Both the position numbers and the translations under genes were made by a program. 63,571 bases of DNA, taken from contig JBPOIA010000001.1 of the NCBI GenBank assembly GCA_052034975.1, positions 1 through 63,571 on the forward strand. Reading direction: 5' to 3'. This DNA comes from Candidatus Moraniibacteriota bacterium. Lineage in GTDB: Bacteria > Patescibacteriota > Minisyncoccia > Moranbacterales > UBA1568. This document shows, piece after piece, positions 7,653 through 17,288 of the stretch. Position 1 is the first letter of the stretch; each line of letters opens with the position of its first letter. A model generated the notes under the pieces. That model did not search any database and was not told where the DNA came from. It saw nothing but the letters and a program-made list of their open reading frames with translations.

Positions 7653-9695
7653 ATGTCCGTTTTTACTCTCAGATCAGAATATCAGCCGGCCGGTGATCAG
7701 CCGCAAGCGATCACTTCGCTTCTCTGCGGACTGAAAGGGGATCAGCGTTTCCAGACACTTCTCGGTGTGACGGGAAGCGGCAAAACCTTTACGATGGCGA
7801 ACGTCATTGCATCCTATGGGAAGCCGGCGCTCATTATCGCGCACAATAAGACGCTCGCGGCGCAGCTCGCGCAGGAATACCAAGAATTCTTTCCTGATCA
7901 CGCGGTGCATTATTTCGTTTCCTATTACGATTATTATCAGCCGGAAGCGTATCTGCCGGTGACGGATACGTATATCGAAAAGGACGCGCAGATCAACGAG
8001 GAAATCGATCGGCTGCGGCACGCATCGACCCAGTCGCTCCTCACGCGGCGCGATACGATCATTGTGGCATCGGTTTCGTGCATCTACGGCCTCGGCAGTC
8101 CCGAGGAATACGAAAAGGAGAATCTCCATCTGGAAATCGGGATGCCAATATCGAGGACGGAACTTTTGCACCATCTCGTGTCTATCTTCTTCGAGCGGAC
8201 GAACGCCGATCTTCGCCCCGGAACGTTCCGGAGTCTTGGCAGTCGCGTCGAGATTATGCCGGTATCGGAAAAAGCGACCTATCTCATCGAGCTTTCCGGC
8301 GGCACGATCGGGAATATCACGAGAATCGATCCGGTATCGCAGCGAGTGACGGGGACACTCCGGCACTTCTTTTTGTTTCCGGCGAAGCATTTCATCACCG
8401 ACAAAGAACAAAAAGAAGAGGCGATGCGTTCGATCCGATCGGAGTTGGACGGGCAATTGAGGAAATTCGAAACGGAAGGAAAACTACTCGAAGCGGAACG
8501 GCTGAAGCGCCGGACGAAGTACGATATCGCGATGATGGAAGAGATCGGTTATTGCAACGGTATCGAGAATTATTCCCGCCATCTGTCGGGGAAGCGTCCC
8601 GGCGAGCCGCCGGAAACGCTCTTGTCGTATTTTCCGCGCGATACGGAAGGTCGTCCCGATTTTCTGACCATTATCGATGAATCACACGTGACTTTGCCGC
8701 AGCTGCGCGGGATGTACGCCGGTGACCAGTCGCGGAAGTCGACCTTGGTGGAATATGGTTTTCGCCTCCCAAGTGCGCTCGATAACCGGCCGCTCCGTTA
8801 CGAAGAATTCCTTGAACGGGTAGGAGCGGTGCTGTTTACATCGGCGACGCCGGGGGAATATGAGCGCGAGGAAAGTAGCAATATCGTCGAGCAAGTGATT
8901 CGGCCGACCGGACTGGTCGATCCGGAAGTATCCATCCGCCCGATCCAAGAAGAAGGCACATACCCGGGGCAAATACAGGATTTCATCCGTGAAGCGGAAA
9001 GGGAGCTCGGAAGAGGGGGGCGTGTTATCGCGACGACACTCACGAAGAAAATGGCCGAGGATCTCTCCGTATACCTGAAAGAAAAAGGTGTGAAGGCGGA
9101 GTACCTTCACAGCGACGTGAAAACGATCGACCGCATCAAGATCCTGACATCGTTCCGAAAAGGAACATTCGATTGTTTGGTTGGCGTGAACCTGTTGCGC
9201 GAAGGACTCGATCTTCCCGAGGTGTCGTTTATCGGGATTCTTGATGCGGATAAGGAAGGCTTCCTTCGTTCCGAGACATCGCTCATCCAAACGATCGGTC
9301 GCGCCGCTCGAAACGTTTCGGGCAGAGTCATTCTTTATGCTGATCATCTGACCGGATCGATCGATCGTGCTGTCAGCGAGACGAACCGCCGTCGCGTGCT
9401 TCAAACAGCGTACAATGAGACACACGGCATTACGCCAAAGACCATTCAGAAGAATATCCGCGATATTACTGAGCAGATGGAAAGCGAGCACGACAAAGCG
9501 GTGCGTGCCAATGTCGCGCTCGATCGTGAAGTCTTTATCAAGGATCCGCGGAAACTCATCCGCTTGAAAGAGAAAGAGATGCAGGAAGCGGTCAAGACGC
9601 TTGATTTTGAAACAGCGGCGATACTCCGGGACGAAATCCGGGCGCTGGAAGCGTCGTTTGGTGGAAAGCACGGGAAGGAAAGAAAGAGTCGTTAA
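7653..9695 (+). CDS. uvrB: excinuclease ABC subunit B
   Basis: 680 aa. GVTGSGKTFTMA, DESHVTLPQL and a C-terminal UVR motif (FETAAILRDEIRALE). Confidence 0.97.
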   Translation: MSVFTLRSEYQPAGDQPQAITSLLCGLKGDQRFQTLLGVTGSGKTFTMANVIASYGKPALIIAHNKTLAAQLAQEYQEFFPDHAVHYFVSYYDYYQPEAYLPVTDTYIEKDAQINEEIDRLRHASTQSLLTRRDTIIVASVSCIYGLGSPEEYEKENLHLEIGMPISRTELLHHLVSIFFERTNADLRPGTFRSLGSRVEIMPVSEKATYLIELSGGTIGNITRIDPVSQRVTGTLRHFFLFPAKHFITDKEQKEEAMRSIRSELDGQLRKFETEGKLLEAERLKRRTKYDIAMMEEIGYCNGIENYSRHLSGKRPGEPPETLLSYFPRDTEGRPDFLTIIDESHVTLPQLRGMYAGDQSRKSTLVEYGFRLPSALDNRPLRYEEFLERVGAVLFTSATPGEYEREESSNIVEQVIRPTGLVDPEVSIRPIQEEGTYPGQIQDFIREAERELGRGGRVIATTLTKKMAEDLSVYLKEKGVKAEYLHSDVKTIDRIKILTSFRKGTFDCLVGVNLLREGLDLPEVSFIGILDADKEGFLRSETSLIQTIGRAARNVSGRVILYADHLTGSIDRAVSETNRRRVLQTAYNETHGITPKTIQKNIRDITEQMESEHDKAVRANVALDREVFIKDPRKLIRLKEKEMQEAVKTLDFETAAILRDEIRALEASFGGKHGKERKSR

Positions 9696-9731
9696 AAAAA
9701 ATCCGGACGAGAGGTTTCTCGGCCGGATTTC
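9694..9731. terminator. bidirectional intrinsic terminator between convergent genes
   Basis: atccggacgagagg tttc tcggccggat hairpin (9701-9728), with an A-run before it and ttt after it. Confidence 0.6.
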
Positions 9732-9741
9732 GGTATGGGCG

Positions 9742-10197
9742 TCAGAAAAATTTTTTCTTGCCTGCTTTTTGGGTACCGGCCGCGCGATGCCAAATGCGTT
9801 CAAGCTCGCAGTCGACGATGGTCCGATTCCGCAGAAACCGTTCTTGCGAGCGCACGAACGGAGAATGTTTCCAGGCTTCCGCGAATGCGTGGACGTAGAT
9901 CGGCTGGAGATCGATATAGAGGCTCTCCGGCAGACGGAACGACAGGCGCGGCAAACATTTCGCCGCGGAATTAGTGCCGTTTCTCGTGTAGTTGGAGATA
10001 TTTTCCCAGAATTGTCGAATTGCCCGTTCGCAAGCCTCGTTTTTTTCTTCCGCGTCGATAAAATCGTGGAAAAATATGACTTTTTGCTGCGGCGAAAAAA
10101 GGAGTGGCGACCATTCCGAAGCGTTGCTTTTCTGATAGGTGTAGATGGTGGCCAAAAAACCGACGATGTTTCGAATACCTGTTTTTGATGCCAACAT
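9742..10197 (-). CDS. hypothetical protein (151 aa)
   Basis: Start taken at the internal ATG preceded by the G-rich RBS (aggggggtg). The longer 239-aa track ORF runs through the divergent promoter region. No domain recognised. Confidence 0.55.
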   Translation of the reverse strand: MLASKTGIRNIVGFLATIYTYQKSNASEWSPLLFSPQQKVIFFHDFIDAEEKNEACERAIRQFWENISNYTRNGTNSAAKCLPRLSFRLPESLYIDLQPIYVHAFAEAWKHSPFVRSQERFLRNRTIVDCELERIWHRAAGTQKAGKKKFF

Positions 10198-10373
10198 AGC
10201 ACACCCCCCTGATGGTGATTGGTAAAGGACCGAAAAAGAACGAAGTGTTTTTGATAGTTCGAGCGTACTCCTTCGGGAAAAAGTTGTCAAAACGGGATTT
10301 TCCGATGTGGTATACTGTAAAAAAGCGGAAGATGGTCGTTTTCCGCGATTGTATTGGTAATCAATAAAACAGT

Positions 10374-10709
10374 ATGACGCAGAAACAAATTTTCGGCGCA
10401 ATCGCGCTTTTGGCATTTGCCGCCCTAGTGTTCGTTTTGGTGTACCGGCAAATGGTGCCACTTTCTGATGTTTCCAAACAAGCGCAGAAGACTACGGTCT
10501 CCACGGAGAAACAGGGGACAGATACGGCGGCGAAGACAGAGGCTCCGATCCCGTCGAACATCGACGATATCGCCCGGGACATACAGGGTGAAGTATCGGT
10601 GGATACGTCCGCGCTCGATGACGAAGAGAGCGGCGAATTGCAGGGTATCGAAGAAGATAGCCAAAGCGTAAATAATTTAGAAGACGCGTATGATGAGGAT
10701 CAATTATAA
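10374..10709 (+). CDS. small membrane-anchored acidic protein
   Basis: N-terminal TM helix (IFGAIALLAFAALVFVLVY) followed by a strongly acidic tail (DDEESGELQGIEEDSQ). Promoter-like TTGTCA...TGgTATACT upstream. Confidence 0.5.
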   Translation: MTQKQIFGAIALLAFAALVFVLVYRQMVPLSDVSKQAQKTTVSTEKQGTDTAAKTEAPIPSNIDDIARDIQGEVSVDTSALDDEESGELQGIEEDSQSVNNLEDAYDEDQL

Positions 10710-11556
10710 AAAACATTTCAGGGCGTTTCTGTCGATGCTGTCTTTGGCGGCGGTGACACTGCCGTCGTTTGCGTGGGCGAATACCGGCTGGGAGGAACGC
10801 CAGGCGGAGCGTGAGGAAAAACGCGAAGAGCGTGCCGCCGAGATGAAGGAAAAACGCGAAGAGCGATTGACGGAGATGAAGGAGAAGCGCCAAGAAGCTT
10901 TCTGCAATGGATTCGTGGAGCGAGCAGAGAATATTTCCGAAAAGCTCGCGGATCGTTATGGAAAATTCCAGGAGCGCAAAGAAAACCGTCTGGATAAGAT
11001 GGAAGAACGGCGTGATGACCGCGAATCGAAGCTGGATGAGCATCGCTCGAAGGCTGATGAACGGCGGAACGAGATGTATGCGAAGCTTGAAGGGCGTGCC
11101 AAAACCGACGAACAGAAAGCTGCGGTAGCGAAGTTCAAGGAAACGGTGGAAGCAGCCGTGGATACGCGGCGCGAAGCGGTGGATGCGGCGATTGTGGCGT
11201 TCCGTTCCGGCGTAGACAGCGCCATCGCCGGCCGCAAGGAGACAATGGAAGACGCAGCCGAGAAATTCAAGAATGCCGTCGAAGCAGCTCTTGCCAAGGC
11301 GAAGTCGGATTGCGAAGCCGGTACCGATCCGGAAACCGTCCGCTCGGCATTTCAATCGAGTATGGAATCCGCCCGTGAAGCATTGAAGAGCGATCGATCA
11401 GCGGCCGAGAAGGTCGGCGAACAGGTGAAAAAGTTGGCGGAGACGCGCCGTGCGGCGGTGAAGAGTGCCTTCGATGTATTCAAGAAGACTGTCGAGGATG
11501 CTCGTGCCGAATTGAAAGAAGTGTTCGGTGATGAAGATGACGGATCCGGCGAGTAA
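10690..11556 (+). CDS. secreted helical-repeat (coiled-coil-like) protein
   Basis: Signal peptide (LSMLSLAAVTLPSFAWA) followed by charged repeats (EEKREERAAEMKEKREERLTEMKEKRQEAF...). It overlaps the preceding ORF by 20 nt. Confidence 0.6.
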   Translation: MMRINYKKHFRAFLSMLSLAAVTLPSFAWANTGWEERQAEREEKREERAAEMKEKREERLTEMKEKRQEAFCNGFVERAENISEKLADRYGKFQERKENRLDKMEERRDDRESKLDEHRSKADERRNEMYAKLEGRAKTDEQKAAVAKFKETVEAAVDTRREAVDAAIVAFRSGVDSAIAGRKETMEDAAEKFKNAVEAALAKAKSDCEAGTDPETVRSAFQSSMESAREALKSDRSAAEKVGEQVKKLAETRRAAVKSAFDVFKKTVEDARAELKEVFGDEDDGSGE

Positions 11557-11589
11557 GCTTTACCGATGACTTTTCCGGGAAAGAAAGAA

Positions 11590-11625
11590 GCCTCTGCCCT
11601 AAGAAGGACAGAGGCTTTGCTTTTT
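11590..11625. terminator. bidirectional intrinsic terminator
   Basis: gcctctg / cagaggc stem (11590-11615) followed by tttgcttttt. It sits between convergent genes. Confidence 0.6.
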
Positions 11626-11651
11626 CCGCGATGGGAAATAAGAAGGAATTT

Positions 11652-12224
11652 TCAGTGATAGACGGCCGGATGGCCTGATTGGAAAACGTATTGTTCCATC
11701 AGCTCTTGGACCGGAACGTGTCGGCAGCGGAGCGCGTAGCCAAGCCGGAGCGCGTACTTCATAGGCATCTGGCGGTCGAAGCGCTCAAGGAAGGATCGGG
11801 TCGCACCGTCTTGCGTTTTGCCGGTACCGCTCCATACGCCGAATTTTTCGTCGACGAAAGGAAAGCCGATCCGCTGAACGAAAATCCAGCCGCCGATGAG
11901 ATAGAAGCCTTCCTCGTTCTCCCTATGGCTTCCGAAAGCGTCGAGATAGCGTTCGATATCCTGTGAGATGGGAGTGATTGAAAAGGCGTGATCTTCGTAT
12001 CCTCGGTCTGGACAGAGGATGGTATCCATCAAGTGACTGACGTTTTCTTCGGCCCGCCGGTCGTTTTCGGCGATGATGAGTTGAGTCTGCGTCAGGGACA
12101 ATTCGTACACGCGTCTGCGCAACTCCTCCGTTTCGAAGTGTTGTTCGAGTGTCGCCGGATTGAAGGTATCGATACCTTCGTGGTTTCTGGCGGCCATAAC
12201 GGCGGCGTATGCCTGTCGGATCAT
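11652..12224 (-). CDS. hypothetical protein (190 aa)
   Basis: ATG-initiated ORF with host-like codon usage. No domain recognised. Confidence 0.55.
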   Translation of the reverse strand: MIRQAYAAVMAARNHEGIDTFNPATLEQHFETEELRRRVYELSLTQTQLIIAENDRRAEENVSHLMDTILCPDRGYEDHAFSITPISQDIERYLDAFGSHRENEEGFYLIGGWIFVQRIGFPFVDEKFGVWSGTGKTQDGATRSFLERFDRQMPMKYALRLGYALRCRHVPVQELMEQYVFQSGHPAVYH

Positions 12225-12330
12225 CTTGTTCTCCTGAATGGCGGGTTGTGAAAGGACGGAAACTTTTTAAGACACATCAAGGAACCGGAGGTATAATAGC
12301 AAAGCCGGTAAGAAAAGCAAGAAGATCCCT

Positions 12331-12696
12331 ATGCGACAAATGCGAGACAAGAAATGGCGGAAAAGTGATTTTGCCGAACGGGTACGAGCGGTCGTTCGCC
12401 GTATTCCGCGCGGAAAGACAGCATCGTACGGCGAGGTGGCGGTTCGGGCGGGATATCCCGGGGCGGCCCGTGCCGTCGGAACGGTGCTCAGAGGAAATTT
12501 CGATCCGGACATCCCGTGCCACCGGGTGGTGTGTGCCGACGGGCGGCCGGGAGAATATAATCGTGGGGCGGCGAGAAAAATCAGGATACTACGACAGGAA
12601 GGTGTCGTATTTATCGGGAAGCGCATCTTTTTCGACAAGAGGAAGTCCAGGCTTGCCGGAAAACCTCTTTTTTGCGAGAATATGTCTATGTGCTGA
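12331..12696 (+). CDS. single-domain methylated-DNA--protein-cysteine methyltransferase (MGMT/Ogt C-terminal domain)
   Basis: RIPRGKTASYGEVA...YPGAARAVGTVL...IPCHRVV contains the PCHRV active-site Cys motif. At 121 aa there is no N-terminal domain. Confidence 0.8.
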   Translation: MRQMRDKKWRKSDFAERVRAVVRRIPRGKTASYGEVAVRAGYPGAARAVGTVLRGNFDPDIPCHRVVCADGRPGEYNRGAARKIRILRQEGVVFIGKRIFFDKRKSRLAGKPLFCENMSMC

Positions 12697-12714
12697 TTGG
12701 TTTTCTTACGGGGA

Positions 12715-13416
12715 ATGACGAGCGATATCCGGACACATTTCATCGTGACGGCGGACGATTACGGCATCCGGCAGACGGCGGAGCCGATTTTGCGTTTGGC
12801 GCGTGAGGGAAAGATCGACCGGGTTTCGGTGCTTATCCACTATGTCTCGCGCGAACAGGCAGAACATTTGAAAGCGCTCAGTCATATCAAGATTGATCTC
12901 CATCTCGAATTGATCGCGCTATTAAAAAGCGGAGAAAAAGTGCGTGAAAACGTTTTTATCCGCGGCGTCAATTTCGTGCGGAGATACTTCTTGGGATCGG
13001 TGACGACACGGCAGGTGGAGGACGAATGGCGCTATCAGATCGAGCGTTTTCGAGAGCTCTTCGGTCGTTTGCCGGACGGACTCAATTCGCACGAGTATGT
13101 GCATCATTTCCCGGCGTTTTTCAAGCCGTTTCTCCGATTGGCGGAAGAATACGGTATCGGGTATGTGCGTTTTGGGAAGAAAGGAATGCTCTTGGGGATG
13201 CACAGCGCGCTCGTGGGGAGAATCCTCTCTTTTCTTTGGCGGCAGACGTCGCGGCGGTATGCCAAGGCGCCTATTCCGACATCTGATTATCTTGTCAGTT
13301 TGGATTGGCTCGCTGATTTCAAGGCATTTACCGGACAATTGCCCGGCGGTACCATCGAGCTAGTCGTTCATCCGGAGCGCGAAGAGGAATATCGCACGCT
13401 TCTTGATTATCTCTAA
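12715..13416 (+). CDS. YdjC/ChbG-like carbohydrate deacetylase family protein
   Basis: FIVTADDYGIRQTAEPILRLAREGKIDRVSVL and LDLHLE-like motifs (IDLHLEL), plus EYVHHFP. The ATG at 12715 is preferred over the TTG at 12697. Confidence 0.7.
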   Translation: MTSDIRTHFIVTADDYGIRQTAEPILRLAREGKIDRVSVLIHYVSREQAEHLKALSHIKIDLHLELIALLKSGEKVRENVFIRGVNFVRRYFLGSVTTRQVEDEWRYQIERFRELFGRLPDGLNSHEYVHHFPAFFKPFLRLAEEYGIGYVRFGKKGMLLGMHSALVGRILSFLWRQTSRRYAKAPIPTSDYLVSLDWLADFKAFTGQLPGGTIELVVHPEREEEYRTLLDYL

Positions 13417-13443
13417 TATTCCCGTATCCGAAATATCGGAGAG

Positions 13444-13472
13444 TTGATAGCGCGGCGTATCCGTGGTAGACT
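13444..13472 (+). promoter_or_regulatory. sigma70-like promoter
   Basis: TTGATA (13444-13449), 17-nt spacer, TAGACT (13467-13472), about 25 nt upstream of the ATG. Confidence 0.5.
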
Positions 13473-13496
13473 TCTTTTTTCTATAGGAAAGTTTTT

Positions 13497-16076
13497 ATGT
13501 CGAAGTCAAAGCACTCTCTTGTTTCGGGACCTTCGGAACGTATCATCGTCCGAGGCGCCCGGACGCACAATCTGAAGAACATCACCGTCGAGATGCCCAG
13601 GAATGCGATGGTGGTGTTTACCGGGTTGTCCGGTTCCGGCAAATCGTCGCTCGCGTTCGATACGATTTTCGCCGAAGGACAGCGCCGTTACGTGGAATCG
13701 CTCTCCGCATACGCGCGACAATTTTTGAACACGATGCAGAAGCCCGATGTGGACGAGATCGTGGGATTGTCGCCGGCGATTTCCATCGATCAGAAATCCG
13801 CAAGCCGCAATCCTCGTTCGACCGTTGCGACCATCACCGAGATCTACGATTACCTGCGCGTGCTGTATGCCCGCCTTGGCCGTCCGCACTGTCTTGTCTG
13901 CGACCGCGAGATCGAGAAGCTTTCGACGGAAGAAATGTTTCGTGTCGTGTCGGAGCGGGTGCATCAGGCTTCCGCCGGATCGAAAAAATCGAAGCGGTCC
14001 CTCATCATCGCTTCGCCAGTGGTGCGCGGACGAAAAGGCGAATACTATCAGTTGCTCTACACTCTTCTTAGCAAGGGCTTTGCGGAAGTATTGCTCGACG
14101 GAAAACGGAAAAGCCTGCGCGAGCAGATTATCCTGTCTAAGAATAAGAAGCACGACATCGATGCGCTTGTCGACGAGCTTTCGCTCGATGAATTCGCAAA
14201 GTTCCCGCAGACGTCGAACGAACGACTGTCCGAAGCGGTAGAACGCGCTTTGGAAGAGAGCGACGGACTAGTGAAAATTATCCTCGATGACGAAACATTC
14301 GTGTTATCGGCAAAATTCGCCTGTCCGTACGACGGTTTCTCGTATCCGGAAGTCGAGCCGCGGCTCTTCTCGTTCAATTCGCCGTACGGAGCCTGCGAGG
14401 CGTGCAACGGTCTCGGTACCAAGCATTTTTTCGGCGATGAACCCTGCGATAAGTGTCATGGGTCGCGTCTGCGGCAGGAAGCGCTCCACGTGAAAGTGGG
14501 CGGAAAAAATATCGTTGAGGTTACCGGACTTACGACGGGTGAGGCTAAAAAATTTTTTGATACACTGAAACTTACCAAGCGGGAGCAAGAAATCGCCCCT
14601 GTCGTTCTGCGTGAGATCGCCGGCCGGTTGCAGTTTTTGCTCGATGTGGGACTGGATTATCTCTCGCTCGACCGTCGTGCAAACACGCTTTCGGGAGGAG
14701 AAGCACAGCGCATCCGGCTTGCGTCGCAGCTTGGCTCGCAATTAGTGGGCGCGCTCTATGTGCTTGACGAGCCGACTATCGGGCTTCATAGTCGTGACAA
14801 TGAACGTCTGATCCGCACGCTTCAATCGCTTCGCAACCTCGGGAACACCATCATCGTGGTCGAACACGACGAAGACACGATTTTTGCCTCCGATTATATC
14901 GTGGATATCGGTCCCGGTGCGGGCGTGCACGGTGGGGAAGTAGTGGTTTCCGGATATCTCGACGAGCTATTGACGGCGAAGAAGAACGCTTCCGGTTCGC
15001 TTACGCTCGCGTATCTGCGAGGCGAGGAATCCGTCGCTATTCCAGAAACACGCCGCAGCAAGGAAAAAGGTATGCTCAAGATCCGCGGCGGTGCGCTGTA
15101 TAACATAAAAAATATGAACGTCGATATCCCGCTTGGGCGGTTCAATGTCGTTACCGGCGTATCTGGTTCGGGCAAATCGACGCTTCTCTACGAGATCATT
15201 CACAAGAATCTCGAAGCCCGTTTCGAGCGACGGTATAAGTCCGGTAAGACACTTCACTGCGAATCGTTCACCGGAACCGAATATCTTTCGCGCGTCGTCC
15301 TTATCGACCAAAGCCCGATCGGACGGACACCGCGCTCCAATCCGGCCACGTATACCGGCGCTTTCACGCATATCCGCGATCTGTTCGCTGCGACGGAAGA
15401 GGCGCGCGTCCGCGGGTATCAGGCCGGCCGATTCTCGTTCAATCGTCCCGGCGGACGATGCGAGACTTGCGAAGGCAACGGTTTTCTCGCGGTCGAGATG
15501 CATTTTTTGCCGACAGTGTACGTGCAGTGCGATGTGTGCAGTGGCAAGCGCTTTACGAAAGAGACACTTGAAGTGAAATACCGGCACAAAAACATTCACG
15601 ATGTGCTCGAGATGACGATCGAAGAAGCGTACGCATTTTTCCGTGACATTCCGGCCATCGCCGACCGATTGAAAACATTGAACGAAGTTGGTCTCGGATA
15701 CCTGAAACTCGGCCAGTCTGCGACGACACTCTCCGGCGGTGAGGCACAGCGCGTGAAGATCTCGAGCGAGCTCTATCGTCAGCACGTTGAACGTACCATC
15801 TATCTTCTCGATGAGCCGACCATCGGGCTTCATTATGCCGACGTGAAAAAACTGATAGAGATTCTTGATCGTCTCGTAGTGAAGGGAAATACCGTGATGG
15901 TCATCGAACACAATATAGACCTCATCAAGTCCGCCGACTACGTGATCGATATCGGTCCGGAAGGTGGGGCTCTTGGCGGAAAGATCGTCGCTTGCGGTAC
16001 GCCGGAAGAAGTGGCTCTCAAAAAAGGTTCTTACACCGGCGAATATTTGCGGAAAGCATTAAAAGGAAAGATATAA
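13497..16076 (+). CDS. UvrA-family ABC ATPase paralogue lacking the insertion domain
   Basis: 859 aa with two ABC modules ([14 protein letters not shown]; [10 protein letters not shown]; LSGGEAQR twice). Only 13 residues lie between the two CxxC halves of Zn module 2 ([21 protein letters not shown]), against about 113 residues in the canonical copy at 27754. Confidence 0.9.
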   Translation: MSKSKHSLVSGPSERIIVRGARTHNLKNITVEMPRNAMVVFTGLSGSGKSSLAFDTIFAEGQRRYVESLSAYARQFLNTMQKPDVDEIVGLSPAISIDQKSASRNPRSTVATITEIYDYLRVLYARLGRPHCLVCDREIEKLSTEEMFRVVSERVHQASAGSKKSKRSLIIASPVVRGRKGEYYQLLYTLLSKGFAEVLLDGKRKSLREQIILSKNKKHDIDALVDELSLDEFAKFPQTSNERLSEAVERALEESDGLVKIILDDETFVLSAKFACPYDGFSYPEVEPRLFSFNSPYGACEACNGLGTKHFFGDEPCDKCHGSRLRQEALHVKVGGKNIVEVTGLTTGEAKKFFDTLKLTKREQEIAPVVLREIAGRLQFLLDVGLDYLSLDRRANTLSGGEAQRIRLASQLGSQLVGALYVLDEPTIGLHSRDNERLIRTLQSLRNLGNTIIVVEHDEDTIFASDYIVDIGPGAGVHGGEVVVSGYLDELLTAKKNASGSLTLAYLRGEESVAIPETRRSKEKGMLKIRGGALYNIKNMNVDIPLGRFNVVTGVSGSGKSTLLYEIIHKNLEARFERRYKSGKTLHCESFTGTEYLSRVVLIDQSPIGRTPRSNPATYTGAFTHIRDLFAATEEARVRGYQAGRFSFNRPGGRCETCEGNGFLAVEMHFLPTVYVQCDVCSGKRFTKETLEVKYRHKNIHDVLEMTIEEAYAFFRDIPAIADRLKTLNEVGLGYLKLGQSATTLSGGEAQRVKISSELYRQHVERTIYLLDEPTIGLHYADVKKLIEILDRLVVKGNTVMVIEHNIDLIKSADYVIDIGPEGGALGGKIVACGTPEEVALKKGSYTGEYLRKALKGKI

Positions 16077-16079
16077 GCG

Positions 16080-16625
16080 TTACTTTTCCTTAATGGTCTT
16101 GATTTCCCGCAACAATTCTTCGAGCGTATTTTGGATGTGGTGTATTTTTTCCTGATTGCTTTGGTGCTTCGCGGTGTCTTCGGCGTCGTCCTTATCAATT
16201 TCCTCGCCGAGCTCTTCCATATCCTCGGAAATATCCTCGACGTTTTCCTGGATGTCGTCGATATCTTTCGAGATTTCCTCCACATCCTCGGAAATATCCT
16301 CGATATCTTTCGAGATTTCCTCCACATCCTCGGAAATATCCTCGACGTCCTCGCTTACTTCCTCGATCTGTCGGGCCTGATGATTAACGGTCATCTGAAT
16401 GAAGATGGAGAGATAAATCGCTTCAAGCGATACGACGGTCGTCAGGATAAGGAGGATCTGATCGAATCCGAATCCGAAAAATTGCAGCGTAAAAATACCC
16501 ACGAAAAATATCGAGTGGAGAATGAGCGAAAGCGGTGAACCGATATAGCGCGGCGCGCCGAGAGCGATGCGTTCGATGATCGGCCTCGGGCGGTGTTCCG
16601 GCGATTGCGGCGTGTGATGCTGCAT
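16080..16625 (-). CDS. two-TM membrane protein, low-affinity iron permease (Fet4-like) family-like, with an acidic repeat tail
   Basis: GSPLSLILHSIFFVGIF...FDQILLILTTVVSLEAIYLSIFIQMTVNHQ resembles the Iron_permease family pattern as I remember it. The C-terminus is EDISEDVEEISKDI repeats. Confidence 0.5.
   Translation of the reverse strand: MQHHTPQSPEHRPRPIIERIALGAPRYIGSPLSLILHSIFFVGIFTLQFFGFGFDQILLILTTVVSLEAIYLSIFIQMTVNHQARQIEEVSEDVEDISEDVEEISKDIEDISEDVEEISKDIDDIQENVEDISEDMEELGEEIDKDDAEDTAKHQSNQEKIHHIQNTLEELLREIKTIKEK
16261..16344. repeat. perfect 42-bp tandem duplication (in-frame, coding)
   Basis: atatctttcgagatttcctccacatcctcggaaatatcctcg occurs at 16261-16302 and again at 16303-16344. 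A partial third copy lies at 16221-16239. Confidence 0.9.
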
Positions 16626-16787
16626 ACATTTTTTCTTACGACTGTTTCAGGGTAGTTTCTTTTCGACGTATTGAAAAGGCCCGGGCTTGGTGGTAGGGTA
16701 AAGAAAAGATAGAAACGGCTCTATGGGCACTTTCCGGCGTCCTGAGATCGTATTTTGGCCTATGACAGTCGTAAGATCTGAGAATTT

Positions 16788-17198
16788 ATGAAAACCGTCA
16801 AACCGACTGTAACCATCCTCGACAGGGAATACGAGCCGCCACGATACCGGAGTGTCATTTTCCGTTTCTTTGACCGTTTGTTCCCGCGGCTTTTCGACCT
16901 TGTCTCTCATTGGTACTGGTATCTCGCCGACCCACATTACCGGATGGTTATCGACCTCGACCGTATCTTCCGGGACAAGACCGACCGCATCGACCTTTTG
17001 CCGGAGCCATCGGGTCAACGCGGGTTCGTGCTTTCGATCGACCGGCAGACCGCGCTCTATTTTGTGCAGGACGGCGACAGATTCTTTTACGAAGGATGGA
17101 GCGCGAGCGGCTCCGACCGGTATGAAAAAGGGAGTCCACTCGCCTCCGACGCTCTGCGCGATTTCCACGAGAGACAAGAAAAAGAAGCCAAGAGTTGA
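16788..17198 (+). CDS. hypothetical protein (136 aa)
   Basis: Third codon positions are C/G-rich, like the neighbouring genes, and a + strand terminator follows at 17236. The exactly antisense 194-aa ORF is rejected. Confidence 0.55.
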   Translation: MKTVKPTVTILDREYEPPRYRSVIFRFFDRLFPRLFDLVSHWYWYLADPHYRMVIDLDRIFRDKTDRIDLLPEPSGQRGFVLSIDRQTALYFVQDGDRFFYEGWSASGSDRYEKGSPLASDALRDFHERQEKEAKS

Positions 17199-17235
17199 AA
17201 ATGAGCGGAGAATAAGGTAAAAAACTGACAAGAAT

Positions 17236-17257
17236 CCGCTTTACAAGCGGGTTTTTT
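17236..17257 (+). terminator. intrinsic terminator
   Basis: ccgctt tac aagcgg stem followed by tttttt. Confidence 0.6.
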
Positions 17258-17288
17258 GGTGGGAAAATAGAGTTAAAGAACAAATGAT

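Noticed and set aside
8682-10202. 506-aa ORF on the minus strand
   Set aside because: It is mostly antisense to uvrB. Only its extreme 5' part overlaps the real minus-strand gene region, and that is in another frame.
16219-16344. Possible CRISPR-like or non-coding tandem array
   Set aside because: The units are contiguous with no spacers, in frame, and encode an acidic repeat inside a clear ORF. No cas genes are present anywhere in the window.
16647-17231. 194-aa minus-strand ORF competing with the + strand ORF 16788..17198
   Set aside because: - It is in the exact antisense codon register of the + ORF.
- The + frame shows the genome's preferred C/G third positions (atc, gtc, gac, ttc, ccg).
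- The minus ORF would need a TTG start inside a terminator hairpin.
- The only terminator present (17236-17257) is oriented for the + gene.
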